Translations under genes and position numbers: made by a program | In this document: one piece after another, positions 38,319 to 50,480 of the stretch | Position numbering within the stretch: position 1 is the first letter of the stretch | Layout: each line of letters opens with the position of its first letter | Origin: Tubiluchus corallicola | Lineage: Eukaryota > Animalia > Priapulida | Assembly (NCBI GenBank): GCA_030141605.1 | Contig: JAQGDQ010000017.1 | Coordinates: forward strand, 248,001-312,000 | DNA: 64,000 bases | Direction of reading: 5' to 3' | Notes under the pieces: generated by a model | Seen by the model: the letters and a program-made list of their open reading frames with translations, nothing else | The model's database searches: none | What the model was told of the DNA's origin: nothing

Positions 38319-39120
38319 TCATAAATTCAGCAGCAAAGACGAAGTATCATAAAAAAAATTGTAAAGATAAAATTCCAAAACTTAACAAAAATATACATTA
38401 TTTTCTTATTAAGCATACAATTAATATTATTTTCTTGTTTATAGTAAAGTTAAAAAACGCATTTGCAAACTTCCATTTATACCTGGTAACTGTCACACAC
38501 TGCAAAACAGTAACAATACTGATAATCATACAAGTCAAAATAATCCACTAGACGGTAAAATCCACTAGGTGCTAACCTCTACTACAATAATATCCGATTA
38601 TTAATAGAAGAATTTTAAAAAAATTACCAATACACTGATTGACAACATAACAGTTTTGCATTATTAAATGTGCACATAATATTATTGTACAGTAGAAACC
38701 AGTCTCTAGCATGTGCACTAATTGAACCAGTTCTTAGCATCTATAGACCTGGATATGTCCAAACTTAAGGATGTTCAGTTACTCATTTGAGCCAAAGATC
38801 CAATGTGTCCACAATTTGCTTTACTTGTTTCACTTTCATCTTCTGTTCTTCTTCAACTGTAACAGTTCTTCATTGATGTGAACATTTTATTGTCACAACG
38901 TAAGTATGAAAGGCACACAGCACTTGTCAAAAAGAGTCAAATGGACCCGAGTCACAGTCGGCAAACTGGAAGAGGCTTAATCAAGACATGCCAGTCAAAG
39001 TTCGCTTTAAAGTCAGGTAGTATGTTGGGTTTATTTTACTGTTATCACTGAAACTTAGAAACATATAACAAATAAATTAGCAAAAACTTCCTATAAACCA
39101 TACATATACAACCTCTGAAT

Positions 39121-39485
39121 AGAAATTTTCAGGTGTGGTGGTTGCCGCCTTTCACTTAAACTGGGAGACATTGTGACTTTTCGTAAGTGCATCGTAGCTT
39201 TCAGTAATTTCAATTTCTGCAGATTACCTAATATTCACGCAAAAATCTTGCAAAACTTGCTATCTAGTTTTTTTGCAAAAAGTTGGTGTGCTTTCGATGA
39301 AGACTGCCAGTGGGCTATTTTTCTTCAAGACAAATGAAGTCATTGGAAGAACAATGGGCATTGAAAATGAAAGCGCCCAAGCATGAAGTGATCGCGACTT
39401 TAAAGTGATTTTGCTAGTTACACGAGGTGCTTATTGCTGTTTTAAATAAGCCTAACCTCTCAGAAGTCTTGGCCTTTCCTTTCCA
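39121..39485 (+). repeat. Dispersed repeat family A copy (SUOX 3' flank)
   Basis: Homologous to 9411-9795 and to the 3' parts of 25021-25183 and 50331-50480. Confidence 0.6.
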
Positions 39486-39607
39486 GAAGATTTTGGGACT
39501 CTCAAAGAGAATGAAATGAGAAATGGCAATGCTTATTCATTGCGTATGTGGAAGCATCGAATGGCATGGCAACAATGGCTTAACAATGAATATGTTTTAT
39601 ATCACAT

Positions 39608-41305
39608 TCACTTCACTTTCAGTGTAACACGATGATAAGCATTTGACAAAAGGCCTCGAAGATTCCAGACATTCTTAAAACTTTCTGGCTGAGTGTTATA
39701 GGAAGAGTCAACAGCCTTTACCCATATCTCTACCTCTTTCTTTCCTGGAGGCACTGGTACTTCTGCTGTCCACAAAGTCCATCCCCAATGTCTGGGCGGT
39801 TTTGCGGTGTCCTGGGCTGCTAACTTGCCCTCGCACCACGTCTCACCACCATCTGCTGTCAAATCCACGCGAATAATCTTTCTGCCTCCTCCGGACCAAG
39901 CATACCCTGAAACTTCAACGATGCCATTTTTCACTTTCACCGTGTCTCCAGAAGCAGGTTCACAAATCAACGACGTAACTGGCATTTCCTGAATGGCAGG
40001 ACTTTTTGAGAAGTCAACAGTGTCCCAGTCAACTGAAGGATTGAAACCCTTATAATCATTCTGTTGCCAGTGGGAATCACTTTCTTTATCAGACACAACA
40101 ATCCGACCTAACCATTTTACATTTCTTGCGCCAACCACTCCAGGAATTAGAACACGTACTGGATAGCCGTGGTCTCTGGACAAAGGCTTGCCATTCATTT
40201 CATAAACAAGAAGGATGTCACTGCGTGGATCCATTGCTTTTTCAATCGGAATGGAAGCACCATATGGAAATCCGGCTGGATCTACATCCAATCCTTCGAA
40301 TTGAACATGAGAAACTCGTTCATCATCTTCCTTCAAGCCAGCAGCCTTCAGAACATCATAGAGTCGTGCTCCAGACCATTTAGCATTTCCAATTGCTCCA
40401 CCACCCCAATTAAGCCCTTTCAGAGATTTGGCTGCCCTCATTTCTCCTCTGCGGTTCCCTCCACATTGAAGTGCTGCAACTATAGTGTGTTTTTTAAACT
40501 TCTTTATGTCTGCCAAGGTCAAAGATTTGTCCTTGACACCAATTCCGGCGATTTCAACTTCATAATGCTTGACATCTACCTGAGGTACTGGCAGATGGTT
40601 ACGAACATAGAACAACTCATTTGGTGTGATAAAACTGTCCTTCAGTATCGGCAATGGTGGTTCTGCATTAAATGGCTTCTGGCTTGAAGGCGATAAAAGT
40701 TTGTGGCGTCGCGGTTCATAGCCAAAAGGATCCGTTATATCTGGTTTGCTCTCTTCTGTTACTTCTAAATTTCCGATCCGATATTCTTCAATCATATCAT
40801 GAATCTCTTGGCTACGTTGATGTATGGCAAACATTGCCCAAAAAGGCTCTACCGAACTCCCTGCTGCCATCAAGACTTTGTCTGCTCCAGGATGTTTGGG
40901 CAGAAAATCGGTGATGTCATATACCCCATTTCGGTATGTTACCCAGACTCCCTTTCTTAAGGTATCGTGTTTTGCTACATCAGCCATTGTGTACACTGGC
41001 AAGCCCTCTTTCACAGCTCCTGCCTCTTTGAAGTTGTCTTGTACTTCTGGCTCCTCTTTTCTCCAGAAACTAGCTTTAGCCCGACTAGATTCATTAAATG
41101 CATAATATACAGCTACACCCAGTGTTGTTCCCGCTACACCAATTGCTGCCTGGTGATGCCACTGTTTGCCATTTTCGTGTCTACTATCATGGTGAAATTG
41201 CCTTCGTCCCAGAAGCAACGCCGACGAAATGACAGCAGCTTTCTTGTTAAGTGTCTGCCATTTGAAAGTACAAAGATCGTAGAAGAAGGCTCTGCGCAAC
41301 GCCAT
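39608..41305 (-). CDS. SUOX: Sulfite oxidase, mitochondrial, single-exon CDS, 565 aa
   Basis: Targeting/TM leader, cytochrome b5 domain (GVYDITDFLPKHPG), Moco domain (FYVRNHLPVP, LQCGGNRR, DHGYPVRVLIPGVVGARNVKW), dimerisation domain (GYAWSGGGR, KAVDSSYNTQP, WNLRG); 5'UTR acceptor TTTTATTTTAG| at 41329. Confidence 0.98.
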   Translation of the reverse strand: MALRRAFFYDLCTFKWQTLNKKAAVISSALLLGRRQFHHDSRHENGKQWHHQAAIGVAGTTLGVAVYYAFNESSRAKASFWRKEEPEVQDNFKEAGAVKEGLPVYTMADVAKHDTLRKGVWVTYRNGVYDITDFLPKHPGADKVLMAAGSSVEPFWAMFAIHQRSQEIHDMIEEYRIGNLEVTEESKPDITDPFGYEPRRHKLLSPSSQKPFNAEPPLPILKDSFITPNELFYVRNHLPVPQVDVKHYEVEIAGIGVKDKSLTLADIKKFKKHTIVAALQCGGNRRGEMRAAKSLKGLNWGGGAIGNAKWSGARLYDVLKAAGLKEDDERVSHVQFEGLDVDPAGFPYGASIPIEKAMDPRSDILLVYEMNGKPLSRDHGYPVRVLIPGVVGARNVKWLGRIVVSDKESDSHWQQNDYKGFNPSVDWDTVDFSKSPAIQEMPVTSLICEPASGDTVKVKNGIVEVSGYAWSGGGRKIIRVDLTADGGETWCEGKLAAQDTAKPPRHWGWTLWTAEVPVPPGKKEVEIWVKAVDSSYNTQPESFKNVWNLRGLLSNAYHRVTLKVK

Positions 41306-41389
41306 GGCTTAGGTACTAGCAGCTAAACCTAAAATAAAAAAAAAAACTCAAATTTAAAGTTTGGTGATCCACACCTGAGAAACAACAAT

Positions 41390-41642
41390 TTTTTCTTGTT
41401 CCCAAGCAAGATTCTGCTAATAAATCACTCTACATTGCACAGACTAATGCATAATTAAGTAAAGTCCACATAAAACAACAAAGAAATGGCATCGCAACTG
41501 AAGTTACTGTACTGATGCAGCAGACGGCTTTGCTTTACCCACATGTCATGTGATGGTTATAGTTAAGACGTGTTGCTGGGGCTCACTTAACCTTTGACCT
41601 ACAGCAACAGCAGGTGTTCATAGCAAAACTGTCAAAAGGCTT
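41390..41642 (+). mobile_element. Harbinger/PIF-like MITE family C, truncated copy
   Basis: Homologous to the 3' half of 57757-58135; ends CTGTCAAAAGGC-TTA. Confidence 0.65.
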
Positions 41643-44429
41643 ATTGTCATGTCATGCCGTAATTGTTTGTTTTTCTATAGCATGCAGTATAAACCTAAAA
41701 AGCAATTTGCCAGTATTAATAACAACTGATAGTGAGTAACAGTAATAAAAAATCACGTATATATGTTCCATAGTAGGTATATGAAATAACATTAAATTGT
41801 AGTGCAAAAGTTCATGCTATTGCCGTCTCTGAATACCACATACTGTGTGTCAATATTGGGCATTTCATTAGCACAAGTATTTTTACCGAGGAGCAATTAG
41901 TAAATTAAAAAACAAAAAAGCACTTAAGAACTGATACGTGCATTGGGAGGGTTTTTCAGGAAATTTCCTGTAAAACAGGTTCAAAGTAATCAAGCTCTGC
42001 ATAGTCAATACTTAATATACACTGTGATTTTTCAAAGTTGGAAGAATTTGTACAATAGTACACATTTTTCAAGGCTACGAGTTTTTCATAGAATCTTAAA
42101 GCTAATCATAATGCTCAAGCAAGCAAGTCAGTAAAGTCACAACTTCATGTTTGATCAAGGGGTGAAGGCAATTGAAATTCTTTCTATTAACAAGGTTTAA
42201 ACTGATAAGTGCGTGTCAACATGTATGTTATAATTGTCAACATTTATGTTTACATTACATTACATAACATTACATTTATGCAAACAAATCGATATTAATT
42301 TTAAAAAAGTTATGTATGTGGGGGGAGGGAAGTGGAGAGACCATGATGTGTGCTTAACAGCTGAATTCAGGGAATACAAAGCCTGTTTGGTAAGCATATG
42401 TTCAGCGTGACAAAGAGTAAAGCTGCTTTTAGGCATTTTCATCTACTAATCTATCCTGGCTACACCTCTGTCAGTTCAACATGTCATCTTAGAGGACAAT
42501 GTTGATGAGTTACGTTAGGTCCCAAACAACAACTTACATGAAATAGATCCTGCTGGTGAATACTGGATTCTAGCTTGCAAGTGGCAAACTGTATTATAAA
42601 AACATAGTGTTCTATTCAACTTGTAACCAATAAGTCAACTCTCACTACTATAGATAAATTTGAGAATTTACAGAATTTATTATTGCCATGTACATTATGC
42701 TACAATCAAAGATATATAACAAAACAACAACAAAATACAAAAGTATAAAACAGAGCAATTATATTATAGCTATCGAGCCAAAAAACACATAACAAACAAC
42801 AAATTTGTATAATTTCAGTACAGATACAGTTAGTGTATCACAAAATTTAATAAATAATGTTATCAATATTTACATGTTAGTACTATTTACTCCTTTTTTT
42901 AAAACACTTAAAAATGTAACAGGTGCATATTTTGGTTATATCGCAGTCGTTACCCCCACTATGAATTTTAGCTTTTCGTTAATCAAATTCAAGTTAATGA
43001 AATTGCTAGTGATGTAGCTATATCAGAATAAAAAGTTTGTCTTAACCGGTTGTAGAAAGAGAACCGGTTTGAGAACAAATTGGCATTAAGAACAACTTAA
43101 AATTTTATGCATTTTTTTCTCATTCCGTGACATAATTTTTATTATTTTAGGTTTAACTAGTACAGAACATAAATTAATAAAGCAAAATGTAAATAATCAA
43201 GACTGTAGCACAATAACTGTTTAAAAGTACTAGTTTTCACCAGTTCAATTCACTGACAGTTTCCAATAAGTCTACATTCAGTCTGTCAAGATGCAAACTG
43301 CATGTACAATAAAAACATAAACTGACTAGACTTACTCTCCAGTTCTATTTTTAATGACTTTGCAGTTTATAGACCACAATAAAATTCATATATTTACAAA
43401 TGATTGAAGACATCATAAAACTACCAATTCAGTACACGAATCATAGCTACCTCGGTAGATGTGATTAAACAGAATTTTTTTTTTGCTAAAGCTCTTTTAT
43501 AAGCTATCTACTTTAGTAACTACTGAAGCATACTACAAACAAGTTATCACTTTTCAAAATTGATATTACAGTATGCTAATATTAAAGACTAAAAATACAA
43601 TTTAAAATAGTTTTATAACAAGATAAGGTCATACACAAACCATAATGACCTTGAACGTTTTCAGAAGTTCAGTAGTTTGCTTTGTACATGATGTCCATAC
43701 AGAAAAGTATTACTATTTTATGTGTATTTGCAAGTGTATTTTCAGAAGTTTTTTTACATTTAACACATACATAAAAAGCACATGTACATCTCTGTATTTA
43801 TAATAACCATGCTTTCAAGACACAGGAAAACAACACATTAATCTTCCATTGAATAGCATGGGAACTTTGAAAGTATTGGACTACACAATAATCACTACCA
43901 TAACATTTTCCTGTCAAAAAGTACTTTATGCATAATGTCAAAATATCTCACAACATTTACGCTCCCATAAATTGACTTATTTATGACTGATCAGAATAGT
44001 CAAAATAGAAAATGACCGGAAAAGTTCACTGACGGCTACTTTATTTGCTCTAATCCATTATTTTTATTCTAGTTAAATCAAAAAGTTCCTGTCATAATTA
44101 ATAAATGCACAGTTTTAAATTATCACATGTTGAAATGAAACACATTCATTTATTGATTACACTTTAAACGACACCTGTATTTCCTTAGATTACTAGTAAA
44201 TGTTAGATACTACTAGCTGGTGAGCTAACTAAGCCTCGTACTAGATATTTTAATAGCAAGATGAATCATTACAAATTAGATTCATGCGCAGTTAATATAG
44301 CTGTATAGATATCTAAATGATATGACTTTTCTCTTTGTAAGATAATCTAGATTAATCGTAAGATCTGATTATTCAGTTGTGTATATGTAAATTGTGTTCT
44401 TATAGTAGTGGTCTAGAAAAGAATTTGTC

Positions 44430-45340
44430 ACTATATACGTAAAACAGAATTACTAACAATAATACAGAGTCTGGTTACATCAAAGGCGTGACTAATACAT
44501 CTCAATTGAGTTTTTCTAAAGCATTTTAGAGCATCATATTGAGGTGACCAAACAAGGCACACATATCCAAGTATTGATCTATTGATATACCGCAGCTTTA
44601 TATAAAGGTACAATAACTTTTGCACTACATGATGAAATGCAGCATTTTATTATTCCAATGTATCTATTGGCCTGAGAAATAACATGTTCACTATGATAAT
44701 TCCACCTCACGTTATTTGAGATTAATACTCCCGAAATGCCTACGGCTGTTTTCTCCAACAACACCATCTCTCGGGTAATAATAACGAAGACAAAGTGCAC
44801 TGCATTTAAAACAAATGAGGGACATGAGCCAGTTGTCACACCATCACTCAATTTCCAACAAGTCTGCTTGTAATATCTCTTGATCAAGGGTATTTGTAAT
44901 TGGACGATAAGGTTTCGCATCATCAACAAATAGTGATCCAGAGTACGTAAGTCAGAGGATACACAATCAACAAAGTTATTGATAAAAATGATAAAACAAT
45001 AGGGCCCTTTAAAGAATGCTACTGGTTACATTTCTTCAGGAAGTAATACACTACTGGTACCCGGTACTCTTCACGTCTGTGAATTTCATTTTTAACATGA
45101 GAGGCCGAAGAGTAACAGAATCAAAGGCCTTTCTAAAATCAGTATGCAGAATATCAATAAACGGCAGGATTGTTATAAAAAATGGGACCAGTCATTTAGG
45201 TATTCAAGAAGACCTGTCCAAAAATGACAGGGAATTCAACAGTGATTCAGGACACTTGGAAAACCAGAAAGCGGAGATTATTTATAGGGTGTAATTCAGA
45301 ACATGTTGAACATTATTGGTTCCAGGTTTTTCATTATGCT
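44430..45340 (-). mobile_element. Decayed LINE (CR1/L2/Jockey-group) reverse transcriptase fragment
   Basis: Minus-strand translation fragments DILHTDFRKAFDSV, FVDDAK, GVLISNNVRWNYHSEHVISQANR, RSILGYVCLVWSP with frameshifts and stops. Confidence 0.85.
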
Positions 45341-47382
45341 GTAAATAATATCAGTTAGTGCCTGGAAGGAAAACACTACACCTACCATTTCTATTCTGTA
45401 ACTCTGATGTTTATGAGCATTCTGCACGTGCACAAAGCTACTGAGATTAAAATACGATTAAAATTAAATTGCAGTAGCGTGACATATTGGCGCCAGCACA
45501 AAGTTCTTCAAGCAGAGCGCACCGTCTTTCCTGCAAGGCTGCAACAGTACTTGACGACACTAGTCACACTACAGGGTGGTATAAATGAAAATATAAATTT
45601 ATTTTATACGCTTTAATAATTAAATATTATTTTTATTTTAGAGGTATCAGTGCACATGGATGCGTAAAGCGTTATCTGATATTACATTTGCGCCCTTTTT
45701 TATGAAGGAAACATTTGATTCATTATATACATTTTCTAATCTGCTTTGCTTGAATTTCTTCTTTCACTGCCGTAAGCCTTGTGCAGCTGCCTCAACTAAA
45801 GTCTGTACACCTTACATTAAGAAAACATAAAACCTAAGCTACATCTGTTTCACCTAAATGCGGTGCAAATGAATTAATTTGTTTTATATGAGATAATTTT
45901 TTAAAGTAAACTTACATCTAATTCTAGTATCTAGAAGTAAGAAAAAATGCTTGTTTAAAAAACTTTTTCTGTTCACTCTACAGCACTTGGCAAGATGTGA
46001 TTCAACAGTAAACAGCTGATTTAATCAGAACATAGCTATAGTTATCGAGGATAATCCGCTAAAGTCAATGAGTACAACAGTGGGGTGCCTTAGCCATGCA
46101 CATTCGAATGCTTTCAGATTCACACATACACCTTCTAATTACTTGGGCAGTGTATCAGATGAAACCACCCGAACGTGGTTTGCTTGGCACATTACTTCTT
46201 TTACTGATCTCGTACGGCACTGCTTCCTGTTACAAAGCATGCACCGGGATCCCTTAATTGGTCATTTTCCGCTAGCTAGTGCCTAATGGCATATCATATA
46301 CATATCACACTACAACTAATTAATTATAATAAAAATGTTGCTACGCCTCCTCTAAACTTAGTATGCAAATGTGTGTGATTTTACGTAAATCAAAAGCAAA
46401 TTAATAATGACTTTTCTGGATCATTGCGAGCACTTTTTGTGTTGTCTTACATAACGAGCCATTGTGTTTGCCGACAGCCCTCGCACTAGTTTGTGCAAAA
46501 TGGGTCCATACCATTGCACGAGTGAAACTTAGAAATAACATTTTCGAATTTACCTCAAAACTCTAGGAAGATTTCAATTCACTAAACTGACTGACCATCT
46601 TTGATCGATTGGAAAGAAGTCAAAATTAAATCAACACACTGCTCTCATTCTCCCGCCTAGAGTTACCCACCTTGTGAGTTTCGTGACCCTAACTAACTAT
46701 ACATATGGTAAACTATACCACCCTAACTATAATTATAGCAAAGAATAGCTTTAACTTTTTCAACACTGCAGGAAAGCGAGCTGGAAAATTTCTTCATTTC
46801 ACAGCTATTGGATTTTTCAATTTATGTCCGTTTAAATTACTACCAGGGCTCTGTTCTTGTAAATAGTGTAATCCTGGATTACACGCTATAGGTAGTTCTG
46901 CAAATTTTTTAAAAAATTCTAAAATTAAATGTCCTGGAACGAGTATTGCCGTAGGAAATTGGCGTCACTCATGATTGTAGTTGATATAATACTGAATAAA
47001 TTTGAAGATAACATATTTTTGTTTAACCTGGAAACCGGTTTGACAGCTAATAAATTTATGTTAGTAAACGTTGACTAGGATATGTATACATAAGTCTGAT
47101 GTTTTCAGATTTCAGTGCTCGACAATAGTATACTTGTGCAGCATACTTTATGCAAGATATATGGAATGCCTTTGAATTATATTGTCCCTTATGCATACGC
47201 ACTCAGCTTTTGCAATCAATTGTATGACATTTCGCAGTTAAAAACGTACATTCTAATGAAAAATTATTATTTTGCAGCACTATAACATGCTTGTTACTGG
47301 GCGTTGTTGTCACCAAATATGGTTGTATTTATCTGTTTGCTTGCTAGAAATGGTTGATATTCTGCTATGAAAATAAATGGCG

Positions 47383-47384
<2 letters not shown>

Positions 47385-47446
<62 letters not shown>

Positions 47447-47530
47447 CCTCTCTCCATCTCGCTCGCTTGTCCTCTCCATACATACATACATACATACATA
47501 TATATATATATTTTTATATGTATATATATA
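47385..47530. repeat. (CT)n plus (CATA)n/(TA)n microsatellite
   Basis: Direct reading. Confidence 0.97.
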
Positions 47531-47800
47531 CCCTTGATTCATCCACCTTATTAGACAGGTCAAAAGCAATTAAAGAATGTCTTAGAACAGCTGAATGCAG
47601 TCCATTATTCGTTTGGGATTACAAATACATAATAATGTTGTTACCCAAATATGCTTGTTGCTAGCGTGGCTGGAAAGGCGTGTCTTCATTTCAGTTACTA
47701 CAATTACATAGTAGACTTTATCTCAATAAACTTCCATGAACAAAACGTCAAAGTCACAGTTTTTCCATTTTGTCTATTTGCTCGCCTTTCCGCCCAAAGA

Positions 47801-47852
47801 ATTCATCATCATCATTATCACCATCATCATCAGTAGCAGCAGTAGCAGCAGT

Positions 47853-47883
<31 letters not shown>

Positions 47884-47892
47884 ACAGCAGTA
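47801..47892. repeat. (CAT)n/(CAG)n microsatellite
   Basis: Direct reading. Confidence 0.92.
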
Positions 47893-49562
47893 TCACAATC
47901 ATCTCACAGTGTATTAGAAAACGTATGTCATACTCTTCAAATATATTTAATTAACTAACTCTAATTAACGATATAATTAACTAACTCATTAGATAAGCCA
48001 AATATTTTTTCTTCTCACCTTTAGGGCATTGCACGGTTGTAGACGCACGATCATAAACTTTCTTGCTCGTTAAGTGCACTTTATCAGAAATATGCACTTT
48101 ATCAGTAGCGCGTAAAACTTAACCCCTTCGCTCGCCGTTAAACCGGTTAATAGATATACACACGTGACTTTTAACTTCGCTGGAGTACTGCAATAAATCA
48201 AAAAGTTTTAGGTCATATGTTTTTCTGTTTGTTGCGCCTACTATCGCACTAACTGAGCGTACGTCCTTCAGACAGCAGAAAAGAGTTAAGCTGCAATATG
48301 CAGTATGTATAAAATATATGCAAAGGTTTTACCATCGTTCCAGGGAAATAACTAGATGCACACAGTTCAAATTTAGGTTCAAACTATGTACAAAAAAGGA
48401 TTGCTGAACTAAAGATATAATTATAAGACAAGTAGATACATAATATAGGTTGAACATTTGTTCAAAATTTTGCAAAATTGCTATTACAAAAACGTTTCAC
48501 ATGCAAATGGTTAGCTAACGACAATATTTAAATGTCTATTCTTTATACCATAGCCTTAAAACTAAAAGATATAAGTACTGGGAGGCCAAAACTAACTACT
48601 GTTGAAGTTATATATAGTTTTTAAAACGTTTCTAAAACATGTCAGCTTTAAAACGTTTCTGTGGAACACCGAACACAAACGTTTGCAATTAAAATGTTTG
48701 TATTAATAACACCACCGCTATGACGAATGACGACCTCATAGTTGCAGGTTTCCCTTTGGAGTATTTTGTCAAGAAAAACAGTTGGGGATGTTTCGGCATA
48801 CTGTTAACTCATTCACCCATTGTGAAAGTAAAATCTGTTAACTTATTACCATAAGTTTACATCCAAAGTATGTTAGGAAACAATTAACCATCAAGCTGTA
48901 ATTTTTTTATATATAAAATTTTATATTGCTGTTGTTATTGCCGTCGTTGGTGTCGTCCATAACTAAGCTGAAATAACTTTATCACTGACTACAAACAAAA
49001 GAAAAAATAATGCTAATTTAAAGAGAAAAACGATTATCAAAAATTAATGATCTATGAAAGTGATGTATTACTCATACTGTCTGACAGCAGTAAACAATTA
49101 AACTCTTCTAACATTTGCATGGCAGATTCTTGACGTACGCCTGACTGAATTCACTGAATCACATGTGACATAAAATGGTAAGACAGAGCGCTATTCTTTT
49201 AATATTCATCCAACAATACATGTATTAAGAGAAGGGCGAAGCAGCAAAAACGGAAACGTTAATTGACCTTTTCTTAAATTAAAATTTTTGTGGATTGCTG
49301 AAGAAGTAAATCTTCAACTTTTGAGAGACATCCTGACATTACCGAACATTAAAATGTTGAAAACGCTACATCAGCTCCACAGTTTAAAGCTCGATTGGTC
49401 CGATTCCGTGATAATCACCCTGAGAAGTTCAACGAATCCTAGATTTCCTCAATGGCAGCAGACGTTTGGTTTGTGGAAGGACCTGACCATGAAATGACAC
49501 TTCGTCACTGGCACATGTACAAGATGCTATTATCATCAGGATCGCAGCACTAACTATCATAA

Positions 49563-50480
49563 AAATTGAAATAATCTTTACTTGTGCTTTTAGGTCATAT
49601 GGACACTTGATGATTCTGGCGTAGTGTTTGTTGGCTGGTTGAATGGAAACTGGGAATAGTAGCTTGCACGATACGGAGGTAAGAAGCGTGACCTGAATAA
49701 ATGTGTAATATGATTAAATTTAATTAGAAAAATACAAACAAATAAAATATGTTTTAAATCAGTAAGGAAGATAACAGGATAGACTTTCATATTTTAAAAG
49801 AAGAACAACCCCCGAACAACATTTATTGCATTTTAATATTCAATTAAAAATATTGAAATCACTACACAAGATATGCGCATAGAATGCTTTGCATAAAAAT
49901 GTAAAAGAGATTTAAATATTTTTTATCTCCCGCCAAACGAACGTCGCTGCCAGCATATTTGAAAAAAATAATGGTTCGCGTTGAGAGATTTCTACGGTTC
50001 ACTCAGAAGTTCAGCTATTCTAGCTTTGTATTTAACCGCGTTTACGTAAAAATTAGTCATTTGATCAATGACCAAGTTTAAAGTGGTTACATAGCTTTAA
50101 CCCACAGGATTATACCGTAAAATGCATAAGTAGTGTATATTAATTGCGTGAATGTAATTAATTTACATACTTTTGTTAACTTTCAGATACACATGTAAAC
50201 TTGCGAGCATACAGTAGGTACCGGATGGGTTACTTAGTTGATAGAGTTCGCTCTAAGTAAAAAAAGATTGCTGAAGCACTTAGCAGAATAACTGTTTATA
50301 TTGCACGGTAACCAGATGATGCCATTTTTCACCAAAATGAGGGCGCCCAAGCGTGAAGTGATCGCGATTTTAAATTTAATTTATTAGTTACACGAGGCGC
50401 TTATCGCAATTTCATTTGCTAAAATTTTCTAACATTTGTCTCAAATATTAGAATAGGCGAGACCTGGCATTTGCTTTAAG
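49563..50480 (+). pseudogene. APEH: Duplicated APEH fragment: exon 6 copy (49594-49678) plus downstream intron 6 sequence
   Basis: Near-identical to 24194-25183; exon copy retains TTGTGCTTTTAG| and |GTAAGA but has a 7-nt deletion (85 vs 92 nt) giving a frameshift and TAG. Confidence 0.92.

Noticed and set aside
38688-39000. Possible Tigger-like transposase relic after TA-CAGTAGAAACC
   Set aside because: Only one terminus and no convincing translated motif
39807-41326. Plus-strand ORFs antisense to SUOX
   Set aside because: Shadow ORFs of the SUOX coding strand
47294-47958. ER/SL/His/Ala-repeat ORFs
   Set aside because: Translations of microsatellites
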